A stretch of DNA of 64,000 bases from Candidatus Saccharimonadota bacterium (GCA_017540545.1 JAFYAV010000002.1:178588-242587), one strand, 5' to 3'. Numbered from the stretch's first letter, positions 1 to 11,034 are shown. Translations and numbers: made by a program. The notes: a model not told the origin generated them from the letters alone.

Positions 1-81
1 TGCGTAGATATACGCCACACACGCAAATCCGATAAACAGTGAAATGAATAGTCCAAGAACGATTTTTGCACTTTTTTTCAT
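1..81 (-). CDS. 5' end of a membrane/secreted protein gene truncated by the window edge
   Basis: Minus-strand ATG at 81-79 with AGGGGG Shine-Dalgarno a few nt upstream; translation MKKSAKIVLGLFISLFIGFACVAYIYA is a signal/TM-like segment. Confidence 0.4.
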   Translation of the reverse strand, partial: MKKSAKIVLGLFISLFIGFACVAYIYA

Positions 82-208
82 AGTTACCCCCTTCTTCTAC
101 TTGTTAAGATGCCTTACTTAATTATATCACAAAATACAAAAATAGTCAAGCGAAGCGGTTTGACTGCACGCGCTTAAAGATATTCGCTCTGCGCGTTATA
201 ATATAGCT

Positions 209-1567
209 ATGCAGAACCAGGCAAACTTACGCGAACAATATCCAGAATTCATCTACGAATCATACAAAGTAGAGCGTAGCATTAATGGGATCCATGTCGA
301 ATATGTCTACAGATTAGGAGAGCATGTTTTCAAGCCCACGGTGGATATCTCCGTATCAGACATTCGCTTTTCACAGTTTAACGTACCTTTCGTAGAATAC
401 ATGTTTTTCAACTTTGGCATCATCAATGCCATCAACTACTACAAGCTCACCTGTTCACCTACCTTTGTCGTTAATGCTGGCCCGCTCGACGAAAAACAAA
501 AGGCCTTTTTCAAGAAACTCTTTTATGGCGGCCTTGGCGAGTTTATGTATGTGAATCAGCTCAACATCCCATTTGAAGACTTCATAGAGATTAAGGCCGA
601 TCAGCCGCCCGCCGAACATCCAGACTACGAGCTTGATGGCGCAACTTTTAGCGGCAATCTCATCCCAGTCGGCGGCGGCAAAGATTCCGTCGTTACCCTA
701 GAAGCACTTCAAAGTATGCATGCGGATAATCTTTGTCTCCAATATAATCGCGATATATATCCAGAAAATCACGCCGCCCAAGAATGTATTGCAATCGCCG
801 GTTATTCAGTCAACGATATCGCCGACTTCAACTTGACTCTCGACAAACACATGTTAGAGCTCAACCAACAAGGATTCTATAATGGCCATATCCCGTTTTC
901 GTCCTGTCTAGCTTTTGCTGGCTATATCATGGCCTACCTCAACAATAAAGCGTATATTATCGTCTCCAACGAAGCATCCGCCAACGAGGGCAATATCGCC
1001 GGCACAAACATCAATCATCAATACTCAAAGAGCTACGAATTCGAAAAAGACTTCCAAAACTACTGCGACGCCTACTTTACTCCTAAAATTAAGTATTTCA
1101 GCCTATTACGCTGCATTAACGAATATATTATCGTCCAAAAGTTTCTTAAATTCCCACGCTATCTAGACATATTCCGTAGTTGCAATGTCGGCACAAAAGA
1201 AAATAAATGGTGCGGACACTGTGCGAAATGTCTATACGTTTTTATTATGCTGTACCCGTTCGTACCGCTAGACAAACTCGAAAAGATTTTTGGCGGAAAC
1301 ATGCTTAACGACCAAAGCCTGCTACAAATTTTCCTCGGCCTCGTTAACCCAGATTTGACAAAACCATTTGAATGTGTCGGCACGCGTGAGGAAGTCAATT
1401 ACTCACTAAAGCTTGCTGTCGAGCATACGCGCGGTCATCTACCATATCTGCTTCAGTATTACCGCAACAATCTTTATGACCCCCAACAAACCTACAATAT
1501 TGAAAACTATTACAATCCCGAGCACAGCATACCAAAAGAATATCTGGAGTTACTCGCAAAATTATGA
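209..1567 (+). CDS. PP-loop ATPase-like protein, MurL-like candidate (UDP-MurNAc-L-Ala-L-Glu epimerase)
   Basis: 452-aa ORF; PP-loop-like motif LIPVGGGKDSVVTLEAL; Cys cluster CNVGTKENKWCGHCAKC; stop overlaps murD start (ATGA at 1564-1567). Architecture and murD coupling match what I recall of MurL/MurD2; not verified by search. Confidence 0.45.
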   Translation: MQNQANLREQYPEFIYESYKVERSINGIHVEYVYRLGEHVFKPTVDISVSDIRFSQFNVPFVEYMFFNFGIINAINYYKLTCSPTFVVNAGPLDEKQKAFFKKLFYGGLGEFMYVNQLNIPFEDFIEIKADQPPAEHPDYELDGATFSGNLIPVGGGKDSVVTLEALQSMHADNLCLQYNRDIYPENHAAQECIAIAGYSVNDIADFNLTLDKHMLELNQQGFYNGHIPFSSCLAFAGYIMAYLNNKAYIIVSNEASANEGNIAGTNINHQYSKSYEFEKDFQNYCDAYFTPKIKYFSLLRCINEYIIVQKFLKFPRYLDIFRSCNVGTKENKWCGHCAKCLYVFIMLYPFVPLDKLEKIFGGNMLNDQSLLQIFLGLVNPDLTKPFECVGTREEVNYSLKLAVEHTRGHLPYLLQYYRNNLYDPQQTYNIENYYNPEHSIPKEYLELLAKL

Positions 1568-2862
1568 AACAAGACATCATTAATTACCTCAAAGATAAGC
1601 GCATCCTCATCCTTGGCTACGGCCGCGAAGGCAAGAGCGCCCTAAGCTTTATTCAACAAAACCTACCCGAAGCCAAATATGCCGTCGCCGATCAAAATGA
1701 CCTCCAACTGGATGGTGTGCAAACTTTTTGCGGGCCAGATTACCTCGACGCCGTTAAAAATTTCGATATTGTCATCAAATCGCCTGGTATCCCCACCCGC
1801 GAATTTGTCGCCAAAGAACAAATCCCAAAAATAACCTCCCTGACGGATTTATTTTTACGTTTCTGCAAAAATACCATTATCGGTATTACAGGCACAAAAG
1901 GGAAGAGTACCACCGCATCATTGACGCATCACATTCTCAAAACTGCCGGAAAAGACACGATCCTAGTTGGCAATATTGGCATTCCTTGCTTCGATGCACT
2001 CGAGCAAATTCAAGACGATACTATCATCGTCTACGAAATATCCTGTCACCAGCTCGAGTTCGTCAAAGCTAGCCCCAAAATTGCCATTCTGCTCAATCTC
2101 TACGAGGAACATTTCGACCACTACGCTAAGCCAGAAGATTATTTCAATGCCAAAAAGAACATTTATCACTACCAGGACGAGAATTGTACGTTGATTTATG
2201 GCGACATCTTTCAGCACGCCAGCCACGAAGAAATCGACCATTTGCCAATGCGTAAAATCGATATCTATCACGATGTCAACATACCGCCCGAGCAAATCCA
2301 TACTCATCTTGTTGGCGAACATAACTTACACGACATCTACGCCGCCATCAGCGCCTGCGAGGCGGCCGGGCTTGAACGTTCAGAAATTCTCCCTACCATC
2401 GAGAGCTTTCGCGGTTTACCACACCGTATGGAATATGTCGGCGAATATAATCATATTAAGTTCTATAACGATTCTATAGCTACCGCCCAAGAAGCAGTTA
2501 TCAATGCGGTCAAGGCCCTCGGTAAGGTCGATACACTAATACTTGGCGGAATGGATCGCGGTCTCAATTATCACCCTATCGTGGAGTTTCTGCGTCACAG
2601 TCAAGTGCGCAACATCATCCTTCTGCCAAACACGGTGCAATCGTTCCAAAGAATTTTCAATGAAGCTCCTTTTTCACAAAAGCTCATTCCGGTCGCCAAT
2701 ATGGCCGACGCCGTCGACGTAGCATACGAAGTCACCGCAACAGATCATATCTGTTTACTGTCCCCAGCCGCGGCCAGCTATGGTTTCTATAAGAATTTCG
2801 AAGAACGCGGTGCAGATTTTTGCAATTTAGTAAAAAACCATACTAAAATAAAATCAAATTAA
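1564..2862 (+). CDS. murD: UDP-N-acetylmuramoyl-L-alanine--glutamate ligase (MurD family)
   Basis: N-terminal Rossmann LGYGREGKS, Mur-ligase P-loop GITGTKGKSTT, C-terminal Mur ligase domain; 432 aa. Confidence 0.9.
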   Translation: MKQDIINYLKDKRILILGYGREGKSALSFIQQNLPEAKYAVADQNDLQLDGVQTFCGPDYLDAVKNFDIVIKSPGIPTREFVAKEQIPKITSLTDLFLRFCKNTIIGITGTKGKSTTASLTHHILKTAGKDTILVGNIGIPCFDALEQIQDDTIIVYEISCHQLEFVKASPKIAILLNLYEEHFDHYAKPEDYFNAKKNIYHYQDENCTLIYGDIFQHASHEEIDHLPMRKIDIYHDVNIPPEQIHTHLVGEHNLHDIYAAISACEAAGLERSEILPTIESFRGLPHRMEYVGEYNHIKFYNDSIATAQEAVINAVKALGKVDTLILGGMDRGLNYHPIVEFLRHSQVRNIILLPNTVQSFQRIFNEAPFSQKLIPVANMADAVDVAYEVTATDHICLLSPAAASYGFYKNFEERGADFCNLVKNHTKIKSN

Positions 2863-2876
2863 CATAAGGAATATAT

Positions 2877-3419
2877 ATGCTATATCAAATATTTGCCTCC
2901 AGCTATAGCTCGAGTAGTTATGGCCCATCTGTCGGCGACGCCTCTGGCTTTTTTGCCGCGTTAGCCACCTACTTAATCGCAATGTTAGTCGCAACCCTCG
3001 TCATCTCCATTGTAACTATTATCGGTATGTGGAAAGTCTTTGAAAAGGCCGGCTACGAAGGCTGGAAGGCTATTATCCCAATTTACAACCTCTACATTCT
3101 AACTGAAATTTCTGGCCAGAATGGCATGTTGGTCCTACTCATCCTCATTCCAGGCATAGGCTCGCTAATCTGGACTATAATGGTCGCCGCTAAAATGGCC
3201 CCAGCGTTCGGCAAAGAAGCCGTCTTTGCGGTTGGCCTCTTCCTCTTGGCGCCAATCTTCTACTGCATCCTTGGCTTCGGCGATGCGCAATATCAGCTCA
3301 ACGACATAGCGGCAGACAACGCCCAACCAAGCAATCCAACCACAGATACCCCAGAAGCTCCGGATACCCCAGAAGCTCCGCAAACTCCACAAAACCAAGG
3401 CCCAACCGTACAGACATAG
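2877..3419 (+). CDS. DUF5684-like small membrane protein with Pro-rich tail
   Basis: Motif MWKVFEKAGYEGWKAIIPIYNLYILTEISG typical of the DUF5684 family; several TM segments; C-terminal tandem TPEAPDTPEAPQTPQ. Confidence 0.7.
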   Translation: MLYQIFASSYSSSSYGPSVGDASGFFAALATYLIAMLVATLVISIVTIIGMWKVFEKAGYEGWKAIIPIYNLYILTEISGQNGMLVLLILIPGIGSLIWTIMVAAKMAPAFGKEAVFAVGLFLLAPIFYCILGFGDAQYQLNDIAADNAQPSNPTTDTPEAPDTPEAPQTPQNQGPTVQT

Positions 3420-3435
3420 TTAAAGAAAAACTACA

Positions 3436-3465
3436 AGCCGCTCTCTCAGCCAGGGCGGCTTTTTG
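3436..3465 (+). terminator. Rho-independent terminator
   Basis: AGCCGC...GCGGCT stem followed by TTTTT. Confidence 0.7.
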
Positions 3466-3482
3466 ATATATAATCTATACAG

Positions 3483-5456
3483 ATGAACTTCAAATTACAC
3501 AGTAAATATCAGCCGACTGGCGACCAACCTCAAGCTATCAGGACGCTCACTGAGGGGCTCAACTTAGGCAAGCGCCAGCAAACTCTACTTGGTGTTACTG
3601 GCTCTGGTAAAACTTTTACCATGGCAAACATTATTGAAAAGTATAACCGCCCAACCCTAGTCTTAGCACATAATAAAACTCTTGCCGCTCAGCTTTATTC
3701 GGAGTTTCGTGAATTTTTCCCCGAAAACGAAGTGCATTATTTTGTCAGTTACTTCGACTACTATCAGCCAGAAGCCTATATTGCCAGCACGGATACATAT
3801 ATTGAAAAAGACTCCGCCATCAACGAAGAAATTGACCGCCTCCGCCATGGCGCCACCGAGGCATTGCTCACGCGTCGCGACACCCTAATCGTGGCATCGG
3901 TTTCCTGCATTTACGGCATCGGTTCACCAGATAATTATCGCAAAATGGCCATCCGCCTCGCTAGAGGAGAGCAACGAGATATGGCACAGTTTATCCGTCT
4001 ACTTAGCGAGATTCAGTATCATCGCAATGACATTGCCTTCGAGCGCGGCAACTTCCGCGTACGCGGCGATACGATTGATGTTTTTCCAGCTTCGGGCGAC
4101 CGCGCCTATCGACTCGAGTTTGGCTTTGATAGGTTAGAACGCATTAAGGTAATTGATCCACTCACCGCCGAGGTTATCTCCGAGCCAGAAGAAATCGGCA
4201 TTTTCCCAAATACCCACTATGCCACGCCGAAAGAATCGCTCGACCTCGCCATCCGTAAAATCCGCGCCGAATACGAAGCGCGCCTCAAATTCTTCAACGC
4301 CGAAAACAAGTTCCTAGAAGCGCAACGTCTTAGTCAGCGCATTAAGTATGACCTCGAAATGCTAGAGACTACTGGCTTCGTAAAGGGAATTGAGAATTAC
4401 TCACGCCACCTTGAAGGCCGTCATCAAGGGCAACCACCCGCCACATTATTAGACTTCTTCCCAGACGATTTTCTCATGCTCATCGATGAATCCCATATGA
4501 CACTTCCGCAAGTTCGCGGCATGTTCAATGGCGACCGCGCTCGCAAAGAAACGCTCGTCGAATACGGTTTCCGCCTGCCTAGTGCACTAGACAACCGCCC
4601 ACTCACGTTTGCGGAGTTTGAGCGACATATTAACCAAGTAATCTACGTCTCTGCTACGCCAGGCGAATACGAACTTCAACATTCACCAGCACCAGCCGAA
4701 CAAGTTATTCGTCCGACCGGACTACTTGATCCAGAAATAGAAGTCAGGCCAAGCGAAAATCAAATTGACGACTTAGTTGAAGAAATCGACCAACGCATCG
4801 CTAAAAGCCAACGCATACTCGTAACTACCCTTACAAAGCGCATGGCTGAAGATTTGTCCGACCATCTTATCGAGCTTGGCATCAAAACTGCTTACATTCA
4901 CAGCGATATTGACACCCTTGAGCGCGGGGATATTTTACGTGATCTGCGTAATGGCACTTACGACGTTCTGGTTGGTATCAATCTCCTTCGCGAAGGCCTC
5001 GATTTGCCAGAAGTTTCATTGGTCGCAATTCTTGATGCCGACAAAGAAGGCTTTTTGCGTAGCGAATCTGCACTCGTACAAACAATCGGTCGCGCCGCCC
5101 GCCACGTCGAAGGCAAAGTCATTATGTACGCCGACAATATGACCGGCAGTATGCAACGAGCCATCGAAGAAACCTACCGCCGTCGCGAAATCCAGCAGAA
5201 GTATAACGAAGAGCACCACATTACGCCAAAATCCGTCGCTAAGGAAATTGGTCAAGGTTTACGCGCAATTATTCCAGAAAAAGAGAAGAGTAATAAGCTT
5301 GATCTCCGCAAGATTCCACGCGAAGAACTACCGCAAATCATTAAGGAATTATCGTCGCAAATGCAACTCGCCGCCGCCAATCTCGAATTTGAGCGCGCCG
5401 CTGAGTTACGCGATCAAATCGAAGACATAAAACAAGCATTAGAGCATAAAAAATAA
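3483..5456 (+). CDS. uvrB: Excinuclease ABC subunit B
   Basis: Walker [27 protein letters not shown], helicase C-domain, C-terminal UVR motif [15 protein letters not shown]; 657 aa. Confidence 0.97.
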   Translation: MNFKLHSKYQPTGDQPQAIRTLTEGLNLGKRQQTLLGVTGSGKTFTMANIIEKYNRPTLVLAHNKTLAAQLYSEFREFFPENEVHYFVSYFDYYQPEAYIASTDTYIEKDSAINEEIDRLRHGATEALLTRRDTLIVASVSCIYGIGSPDNYRKMAIRLARGEQRDMAQFIRLLSEIQYHRNDIAFERGNFRVRGDTIDVFPASGDRAYRLEFGFDRLERIKVIDPLTAEVISEPEEIGIFPNTHYATPKESLDLAIRKIRAEYEARLKFFNAENKFLEAQRLSQRIKYDLEMLETTGFVKGIENYSRHLEGRHQGQPPATLLDFFPDDFLMLIDESHMTLPQVRGMFNGDRARKETLVEYGFRLPSALDNRPLTFAEFERHINQVIYVSATPGEYELQHSPAPAEQVIRPTGLLDPEIEVRPSENQIDDLVEEIDQRIAKSQRILVTTLTKRMAEDLSDHLIELGIKTAYIHSDIDTLERGDILRDLRNGTYDVLVGINLLREGLDLPEVSLVAILDADKEGFLRSESALVQTIGRAARHVEGKVIMYADNMTGSMQRAIEETYRRREIQQKYNEEHHITPKSVAKEIGQGLRAIIPEKEKSNKLDLRKIPREELPQIIKELSSQMQLAAANLEFERAAELRDQIEDIKQALEHKK

Positions 5457-5472
5457 GGAGCACGGATATAAT

Positions 5473-6252
5473 ATGGAAGATATTTTAAAACACATCAACT
5501 GGGATAATATCGTATCTAGTGGCGTCACAATCATTATTGCCATCATACTATACCAAGTAGTTAAGACGCCGTTTAAGAAAATTCTACGTCGCGACAAAAA
5601 CAAAGAGCGCAATACCTACGCTTCGATGATCGGCAGCTTCGCGCGCATGGCCTACATTGTACTCGTCGCACTTTTTATTCTACGTATCAATGGCGTCAAT
5701 GTTGACGGCCTGCTAGCAGGTGTCGGAGTTGCCTCGGTTGCCATCGGCCTTGCCGTGCAAGATACGCTAAAAGATATCATTCGTGGTATCTCAATCATAT
5801 CTGAAGATTACTTCAAAATGGGCGACTATGTCACAATTGGTGACACTAGTGGTACGGTCATCTATTCCGGCATCCGATCAACTAAGCTAAGAGACGCCCT
5901 CACTGGCAACGTTATCTCTATTGCCAATCGCAATATCGAAAAGGCAGAAGTTGGCGCTACGGCTATTAGCCTCAATATTCCGCTGCCGTATGAACTCAAA
6001 CTATCTAAGGCCGAAGAAATCATGCAAGAAATCGCCTTTCAGTGTAACGGCGTCGATTTCGTGACTGAATGCCAGTATCTAGGAGTCAACGCGCTAGGCG
6101 ATTCCGCCATCGAATACCGTCTCTTTGCTAAAAGCGAAAAGGGTAAGCGCGCCGACGCTAAGCGCAATATTCTCCACAAAACCCTAGAAGTTTTAGAACA
6201 ACATAAGGTCAACGTACCGTATCCGCAAATGGACATCCACCGCAAAGACTAG
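5473..6252 (+). CDS. Small-conductance mechanosensitive channel (MscS family)
   Basis: TM helices then GLAVQDTLKDIIRGISIISEDYFKMGDYVTIGDTSGTV beta-domain signature of MscS. Confidence 0.85.
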   Translation: MEDILKHINWDNIVSSGVTIIIAIILYQVVKTPFKKILRRDKNKERNTYASMIGSFARMAYIVLVALFILRINGVNVDGLLAGVGVASVAIGLAVQDTLKDIIRGISIISEDYFKMGDYVTIGDTSGTVIYSGIRSTKLRDALTGNVISIANRNIEKAEVGATAISLNIPLPYELKLSKAEEIMQEIAFQCNGVDFVTECQYLGVNALGDSAIEYRLFAKSEKGKRADAKRNILHKTLEVLEQHKVNVPYPQMDIHRKD

Positions 6253-6261
6253 GAGTATTTT

Positions 6262-6813
6262 ATGCTAAAAGCTAAAGCTGAAATCGTCGTTGATAACGAA
6301 ATAACTTTAAAGCGTTTTTTGCATGATGTAGATGGATTGAAATATGAAATGATTCTCGCCAATCATGACCATCTCTTACCATGGCTACCATGGGCGGATA
6401 AATACGAAAAATTCGAGGATATGCTTAATTTTACGGAGGATCAAATTAAAGAATTCGACGCCGGTCGTCAGTTTGGCTACAATATCTTTTACTTTGGCGA
6501 ACTCGTCGGCTCCATTGATATCCACGCCATCGCCGAAGACGACCATCATTGCGACTTAGGCTACTGGCTCGATAAAAAATATACCGGTAAAGGCATCATG
6601 ACGCGTTCCGTCAAAGCCTTGACCGACTACGCCATGAACGAGTTAAAAATGCACCGCGTTGTCATTAAGGCTGCGCCAGAGAACAATGCCTCCATTTCGG
6701 TCGCCGAGCGCCTCAGCTTTACTCGCGAAGCACTGTTGCATGATGAACAATATTTAATTAATCGTTATTACGATACAGTAGTATATGCAAAAATCAACCC
6801 ACAAACCACATAA
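6262..6813 (+). CDS. GNAT N-acetyltransferase (RimJ/RimL-like)
   Basis: LGYWLDKKYTGKGIMTRSVKALTDYAM ... HRVVIKAAPENNASISVAERLSF pattern of RimJ/RimL-type GNATs. Confidence 0.8.
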   Translation: MLKAKAEIVVDNEITLKRFLHDVDGLKYEMILANHDHLLPWLPWADKYEKFEDMLNFTEDQIKEFDAGRQFGYNIFYFGELVGSIDIHAIAEDDHHCDLGYWLDKKYTGKGIMTRSVKALTDYAMNELKMHRVVIKAAPENNASISVAERLSFTREALLHDEQYLINRYYDTVVYAKINPQTT

Positions 6814-7162
6814 AGGCAACCATAACAACAAAAAACTTTTTATCGTCATATCAGTGGTAGCCGTAATCGCTATCATAATCACCATTGCCATTATAATGAG
6901 TGCACGGAATCCCTACGAGCATCCATATCGCATTCCGGCAGGGTATACTAAAGTTGAAACTAAGGACATGTCAACGGTAGACGGGGCAAAGACGACGTTT
7001 TATTTTTACCCAGATAAAGTTATTCAAGAAACAATCTCCGAATTCCCCAGTGGACACCCTTGTAATTGCAGTTCCAAACGCGTAATAACTATTTATCCAC
7101 CCGCTAATACCATAAACGAAGTCTATAAACTAAAAGGCGAATCGTTTACTGAATACAATTAA
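6785..7162 (+). CDS. Hypothetical N-terminally membrane-anchored protein
   Basis: 125-aa ORF, basic N-terminus, single TM (LFIVISVVAVIAIIITIAIIM); overlaps the preceding gene by 29 nt. Confidence 0.55.
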   Translation: MQKSTHKPHKGNHNNKKLFIVISVVAVIAIIITIAIIMSARNPYEHPYRIPAGYTKVETKDMSTVDGAKTTFYFYPDKVIQETISEFPSGHPCNCSSKRVITIYPPANTINEVYKLKGESFTEYN

Positions 7163-7223
7163 TGCCTCATTTATTCCTCTTTAGTGTCATGCAATTGTCC
7201 TAAAAGATGTTATAATATATCCT

Positions 7224-8669
7224 ATGAAAACAGTTACTCGATTTGCGCCGTCGCCGACCGGCTATATCCACATCGGCAATGTTCGTTCAGCCATTTACCC
7301 CTACCTCGTTGCAAAACAAGAAGAGGGTACATTCATTTTGCGTATCGAGGATACTGACCAGGCACGCTACGTTGAGGGTGCTACTGATTTGATCAAAGAC
7401 ACTCTGCTTTGGCTCGGACTCGACTGGGACGAAGGCCCAGATAGAGGCGGTAATCATGGCCCATATTATCAGACTCAGCGTAAAGAGATTTATTACGAAT
7501 GGGCGAAGAAGCTAATCGCAAATGGTCGCGCCTATGCTGATCCAACTCCTAGCGAAACCGTCGCCAAATATCGCGAAGAAAGCAACAAAGCTAAGAAAGC
7601 TTTCCTCTACCGCAACTATCGCCCAACCGACACACCAGAATGGAAAGTCGGCATTCCGCTCAGGCTCAAATCTGAGCCAAAAGAATATACTTATCACGAT
7701 GAAGTATATGGCGACCTGCATTTAGGCCCAGAAACCCAAGACGACATCATTCTTATTAAGGCCGACGGCCTCCCGACTTACAATTTCGCCCATATCGTTG
7801 ACGATGCCACTATGGGTGTAACGCATGTGATGCGCGGACAAGAATACCTACCAAGCATGGGCAATTATCTTGAGCTTTACGAGGCGTTCGGACTCGAGCG
7901 TCCAAAATTCGTCCATCTGCCACACATTCTTGCTCCAACCGGAAATAAAAAACTTGGCAAACGCGATGGTGCTAAATCCGCCAACGATTATCGTATGGAT
8001 GGCATTTTGCCGGAAGCTATGTTGAATTTCCTAGCCTGCCTTGGCTGGAATGACGGCACCGAGCAAGAACTATACAGCAAACAAGATCTTATCGAAAAGT
8101 TTAAACTCGAACGCATCCAACGCGCTGGCGCACGCTACGACGAGCAGAAACTCCTCTGGCTCAATGGTCAATGGATTCGTCGCCTATTCCAAGAAGACGC
8201 TAAGGCGCTTTATGCGCGCACTCAAGATTTCTGGCCGGAGTCTGCCGCAAAATATGATGACAATTACAAATTCAAAATCTTCAGTATTATCTACGACCGT
8301 CTCAAGACACTCGGCGACCTCAAAACTATGACCAATTACTTCTTCGAAGATCCAAAAGTCGACATGGATGTTATTACTAACAACAAAGCCCTCAAAAAAC
8401 TCTCGGAACATGAAATCTGCGATTTGCTCCGCCAATCTGTTACTAAACTCCAAAATGTCAACGAATGGACTGCCGAAAACCTCCAGACGGCACTCAATGA
8501 GCTTCTGACGGAAAGCAACCAAAAACCCATGGTGCTCTTCGGCCTAATTCGCATCGGCGTCAGCTTTGCACCATTTAGCCCAGCACTGCACGATACGCTT
8601 GCCGTATTGGGCAAGAATACTAGCCTTGCCCGGCTTAATGCCGTGATTACCGCCTTCGCGCGTGACTAG
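7224..8669 (+). CDS. gltX: Glutamyl-tRNA synthetase
   Basis: RFAPSPTGYIHIGN (HIGH motif), KLGKRDG (KMSKS-like), 481 aa class-I GluRS layout. Confidence 0.95.
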   Translation: MKTVTRFAPSPTGYIHIGNVRSAIYPYLVAKQEEGTFILRIEDTDQARYVEGATDLIKDTLLWLGLDWDEGPDRGGNHGPYYQTQRKEIYYEWAKKLIANGRAYADPTPSETVAKYREESNKAKKAFLYRNYRPTDTPEWKVGIPLRLKSEPKEYTYHDEVYGDLHLGPETQDDIILIKADGLPTYNFAHIVDDATMGVTHVMRGQEYLPSMGNYLELYEAFGLERPKFVHLPHILAPTGNKKLGKRDGAKSANDYRMDGILPEAMLNFLACLGWNDGTEQELYSKQDLIEKFKLERIQRAGARYDEQKLLWLNGQWIRRLFQEDAKALYARTQDFWPESAAKYDDNYKFKIFSIIYDRLKTLGDLKTMTNYFFEDPKVDMDVITNNKALKKLSEHEICDLLRQSVTKLQNVNEWTAENLQTALNELLTESNQKPMVLFGLIRIGVSFAPFSPALHDTLAVLGKNTSLARLNAVITAFARD

Positions 8670-8696
8670 CTATGTTACTTATGTTAAACTTATAGC

Positions 8697-9998
8697 ATGG
8701 ATAGCTATAAGCGACCATTCCGTGGTTCGAAAATCTACACCCGCAAAAAGACCAAAAACGACAACGCGCTCGTTAATCTCTATAAGGAAAGCGAATTTTC
8801 GGAAGAGGAAGCTAAAGCGGACATCGATAATTTTCTTGACGAATCCGACGAAGTTAACGAAGAGGATGTTCCAGTCAAAAAATCAGTCAAAAAAGAACGC
8901 AAAAAGGCTCACGAAAGAGAAGAGCGGCAACGACGCGCAAAAAGCGCCTTCGGCAAGATTTTTGCAGCCATTATCCTGATTGCCATAGTAGTTTTTGGTG
9001 CACTATTCTTTTTTAGGCCATCTTTCACTGAAAATGTCGCCGACGAGACCAAAACAGAAAACGCCATCGCCGACAAAATCTATTATTCGCCACTTACGGG
9101 CCTAGAAAGTACCAACGAAAAGATATCTACCGCCGAAGCTACTTGCATTATGATCGAAAACAGCGTTGACGCTCGTCCGCAATCTGGCCTAACTGCAGCG
9201 GGCGTCGTTTATGAGGCCGTGGCCGAAGGTGGTATCACGCGTTTTATGGCCGTCTATCAAGATGAACTACCTAGTTGGGTAGGCCCAATTCGCTCCGCTC
9301 GTCAAACTTTCGTCCATTTATCTCGCCAATACAGCTGCGGATACGTACACGTTGGCGGCGCCGCAAACACCACTAGCACGCTCGGCAGTAATGGATACCG
9401 CAACCTAGACGGTGGCTACTATGAAGGTCAATATGTTTTCCGAATATCAAGCCGTTATGCGCCGCATAACGTCTATACCGATGCCCAACATCTCAAAGAG
9501 TGGAGCAACAACAAAGGTTGGCGCGAATCAAAGTTTACCGGATTTAAGCGCATCAAGCCCGACACATCAGTCGAACCCGAAAAACGTAATGCGACCACTA
9601 TTACGGTCACCATGTCCGGAGATAATAGCTATAACGCTAGCTGGAAATATAACGCCAATACCAATAAATACGCCCGCTCCCACGTCGCTGGCGGCGCACA
9701 TATGGAGAGCACTAAAAGCGGCCAACAAAATCAAATCACCACTGATGTCGTTATAGCAATGAAGACTAGCACCGTCACTCGCCCAGGAACCCTCTTCTAC
9801 GACCATACAACTACCGGCTCCGGCGAAGCCTACATCTTTCAAAATGGCGTCGTCCGCAAAGCCACTTGGCGTCGCGCTAACGTAACCGACGAGCTTGGCT
9901 TTTATGACGACGAAAACAATGCCATCGAATTAAATCGTGGACACACTTGGATAAGTATTTACAATAATACAGCCGGCGGACACGTCAGTTGGAAATAG
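8697..9998 (+). CDS. DUF3048 (YerB-like) membrane-anchored protein
   Basis: Basic N-terminus, one TM, then IENSVDARPQSGLTAAGVVYEAVAEGGITRFMAVY signature of DUF3048. Confidence 0.75.
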   Translation: MDSYKRPFRGSKIYTRKKTKNDNALVNLYKESEFSEEEAKADIDNFLDESDEVNEEDVPVKKSVKKERKKAHEREERQRRAKSAFGKIFAAIILIAIVVFGALFFFRPSFTENVADETKTENAIADKIYYSPLTGLESTNEKISTAEATCIMIENSVDARPQSGLTAAGVVYEAVAEGGITRFMAVYQDELPSWVGPIRSARQTFVHLSRQYSCGYVHVGGAANTTSTLGSNGYRNLDGGYYEGQYVFRISSRYAPHNVYTDAQHLKEWSNNKGWRESKFTGFKRIKPDTSVEPEKRNATTITVTMSGDNSYNASWKYNANTNKYARSHVAGGAHMESTKSGQQNQITTDVVIAMKTSTVTRPGTLFYDHTTTGSGEAYIFQNGVVRKATWRRANVTDELGFYDDENNAIELNRGHTWISIYNNTAGGHVSWK

Positions 9999-10010
9999 AA
10001 AGGAAATAAA

Positions 10011-11030
10011 ATGTACGGCGCATACGTATCCCCAGAATCATTAGAAGACTACGAGAATAGGAATAAGGCGGAAAAACGAAGAGATATACCACCAGAACAA
10101 AATTTCGAAACAGGCATGCAGAGCGGCGTGCCACCATTTGCCGGCGAAAGCGTCGCAGAGGTTGCTAGCGGAAGTGTTGCAGAGGGTGTCGGCGAAATCG
10201 GCAACGCCGAAGACGTAATAGACCCATACAATGACAGTCGTAAGATGCCAAATAACGTCGTCGAAGGAAAAGCTATGGATATGCTAGATCAAGGAGGCGA
10301 GAAAGGGATTGATATTGAGGGCCTTACGCAAGCGACCGCCGGTACAATTGGTAGCGATAATGTTAAACAAGAAGGACTCATAAAGGGAACCGTGAACACG
10401 GCAGTAGATGAGAATAGTCCTGATAGGGAAATTGCGGGAATAGAAGACGCCATCACAACTGCGGCAGCAGTAGCCGCAGCCGGCAATGTCGCTACGGGGG
10501 AAGCCATTGTTAAAGAGCTTAGCGGAAGCGACAGTGCCACGGCTAAATATGAAGCTACACAGCTAATCGACAGCGCCAAGTCTGCTGCCGAAATGGCCAA
10601 AACCAACGCCGAGCACATAAAAGATGGCGACCATGAAAGCCAAGATGGCGAACAGCAGACTCGGATACGAGGCGTAATCAATAGCGCAGATAATATTATA
10701 AAAACCGCTGAACAAAATCTAGCGGCGTTAGATGCTGCCGCAGCCACAAAAGAGGATATGGATCAAAAAACAGCCGACGGCAACGCAGAAAATCCCGAAG
10801 ATGAACTATTGGCAGAAGATAGCAATGAAGAAATCGCCCGGTCAGTAATCAACTCGTCACCAGACGTTTTTAATGCTAGCCCAGACACGGTAGAAACCAT
10901 ATCGAGGACGGTGAAGGAGAAAAAAGCAGCAAACGCTGACGAAGCACCCAAATCTGTTGTTGACAATGACAGCATTGGCAACAACAACCGAGCCGCCAAT
11001 GAGCTAGGCGAACTCAAAAATGCCGCATAA
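10011..11030 (+). CDS. Acidic, low-complexity hypothetical protein
   Basis: 339-aa ORF rich in A/E/D/G, no TM or recognisable domain; the antisense ORFs inside it look like shadows. Confidence 0.6.
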   Translation: MYGAYVSPESLEDYENRNKAEKRRDIPPEQNFETGMQSGVPPFAGESVAEVASGSVAEGVGEIGNAEDVIDPYNDSRKMPNNVVEGKAMDMLDQGGEKGIDIEGLTQATAGTIGSDNVKQEGLIKGTVNTAVDENSPDREIAGIEDAITTAAAVAAAGNVATGEAIVKELSGSDSATAKYEATQLIDSAKSAAEMAKTNAEHIKDGDHESQDGEQQTRIRGVINSADNIIKTAEQNLAALDAAAATKEDMDQKTADGNAENPEDELLAEDSNEEIARSVINSSPDVFNASPDTVETISRTVKEKKAANADEAPKSVVDNDSIGNNNRAANELGELKNAA

Positions 11031-11034
11031 GAAA

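Noticed and set aside
10289-10747. Long antisense ORFs inside well-supported genes (e.g. 10289-10747, 12555-13097, 33543-34079, 37570-38085, 39725-40282, 45974-46441, 25600-26143)
   Set aside because: They are shadow frames opposite genes with clear family motifs or repeats. Their translations are low-complexity (S/A/L/R-rich) and lack SDs.
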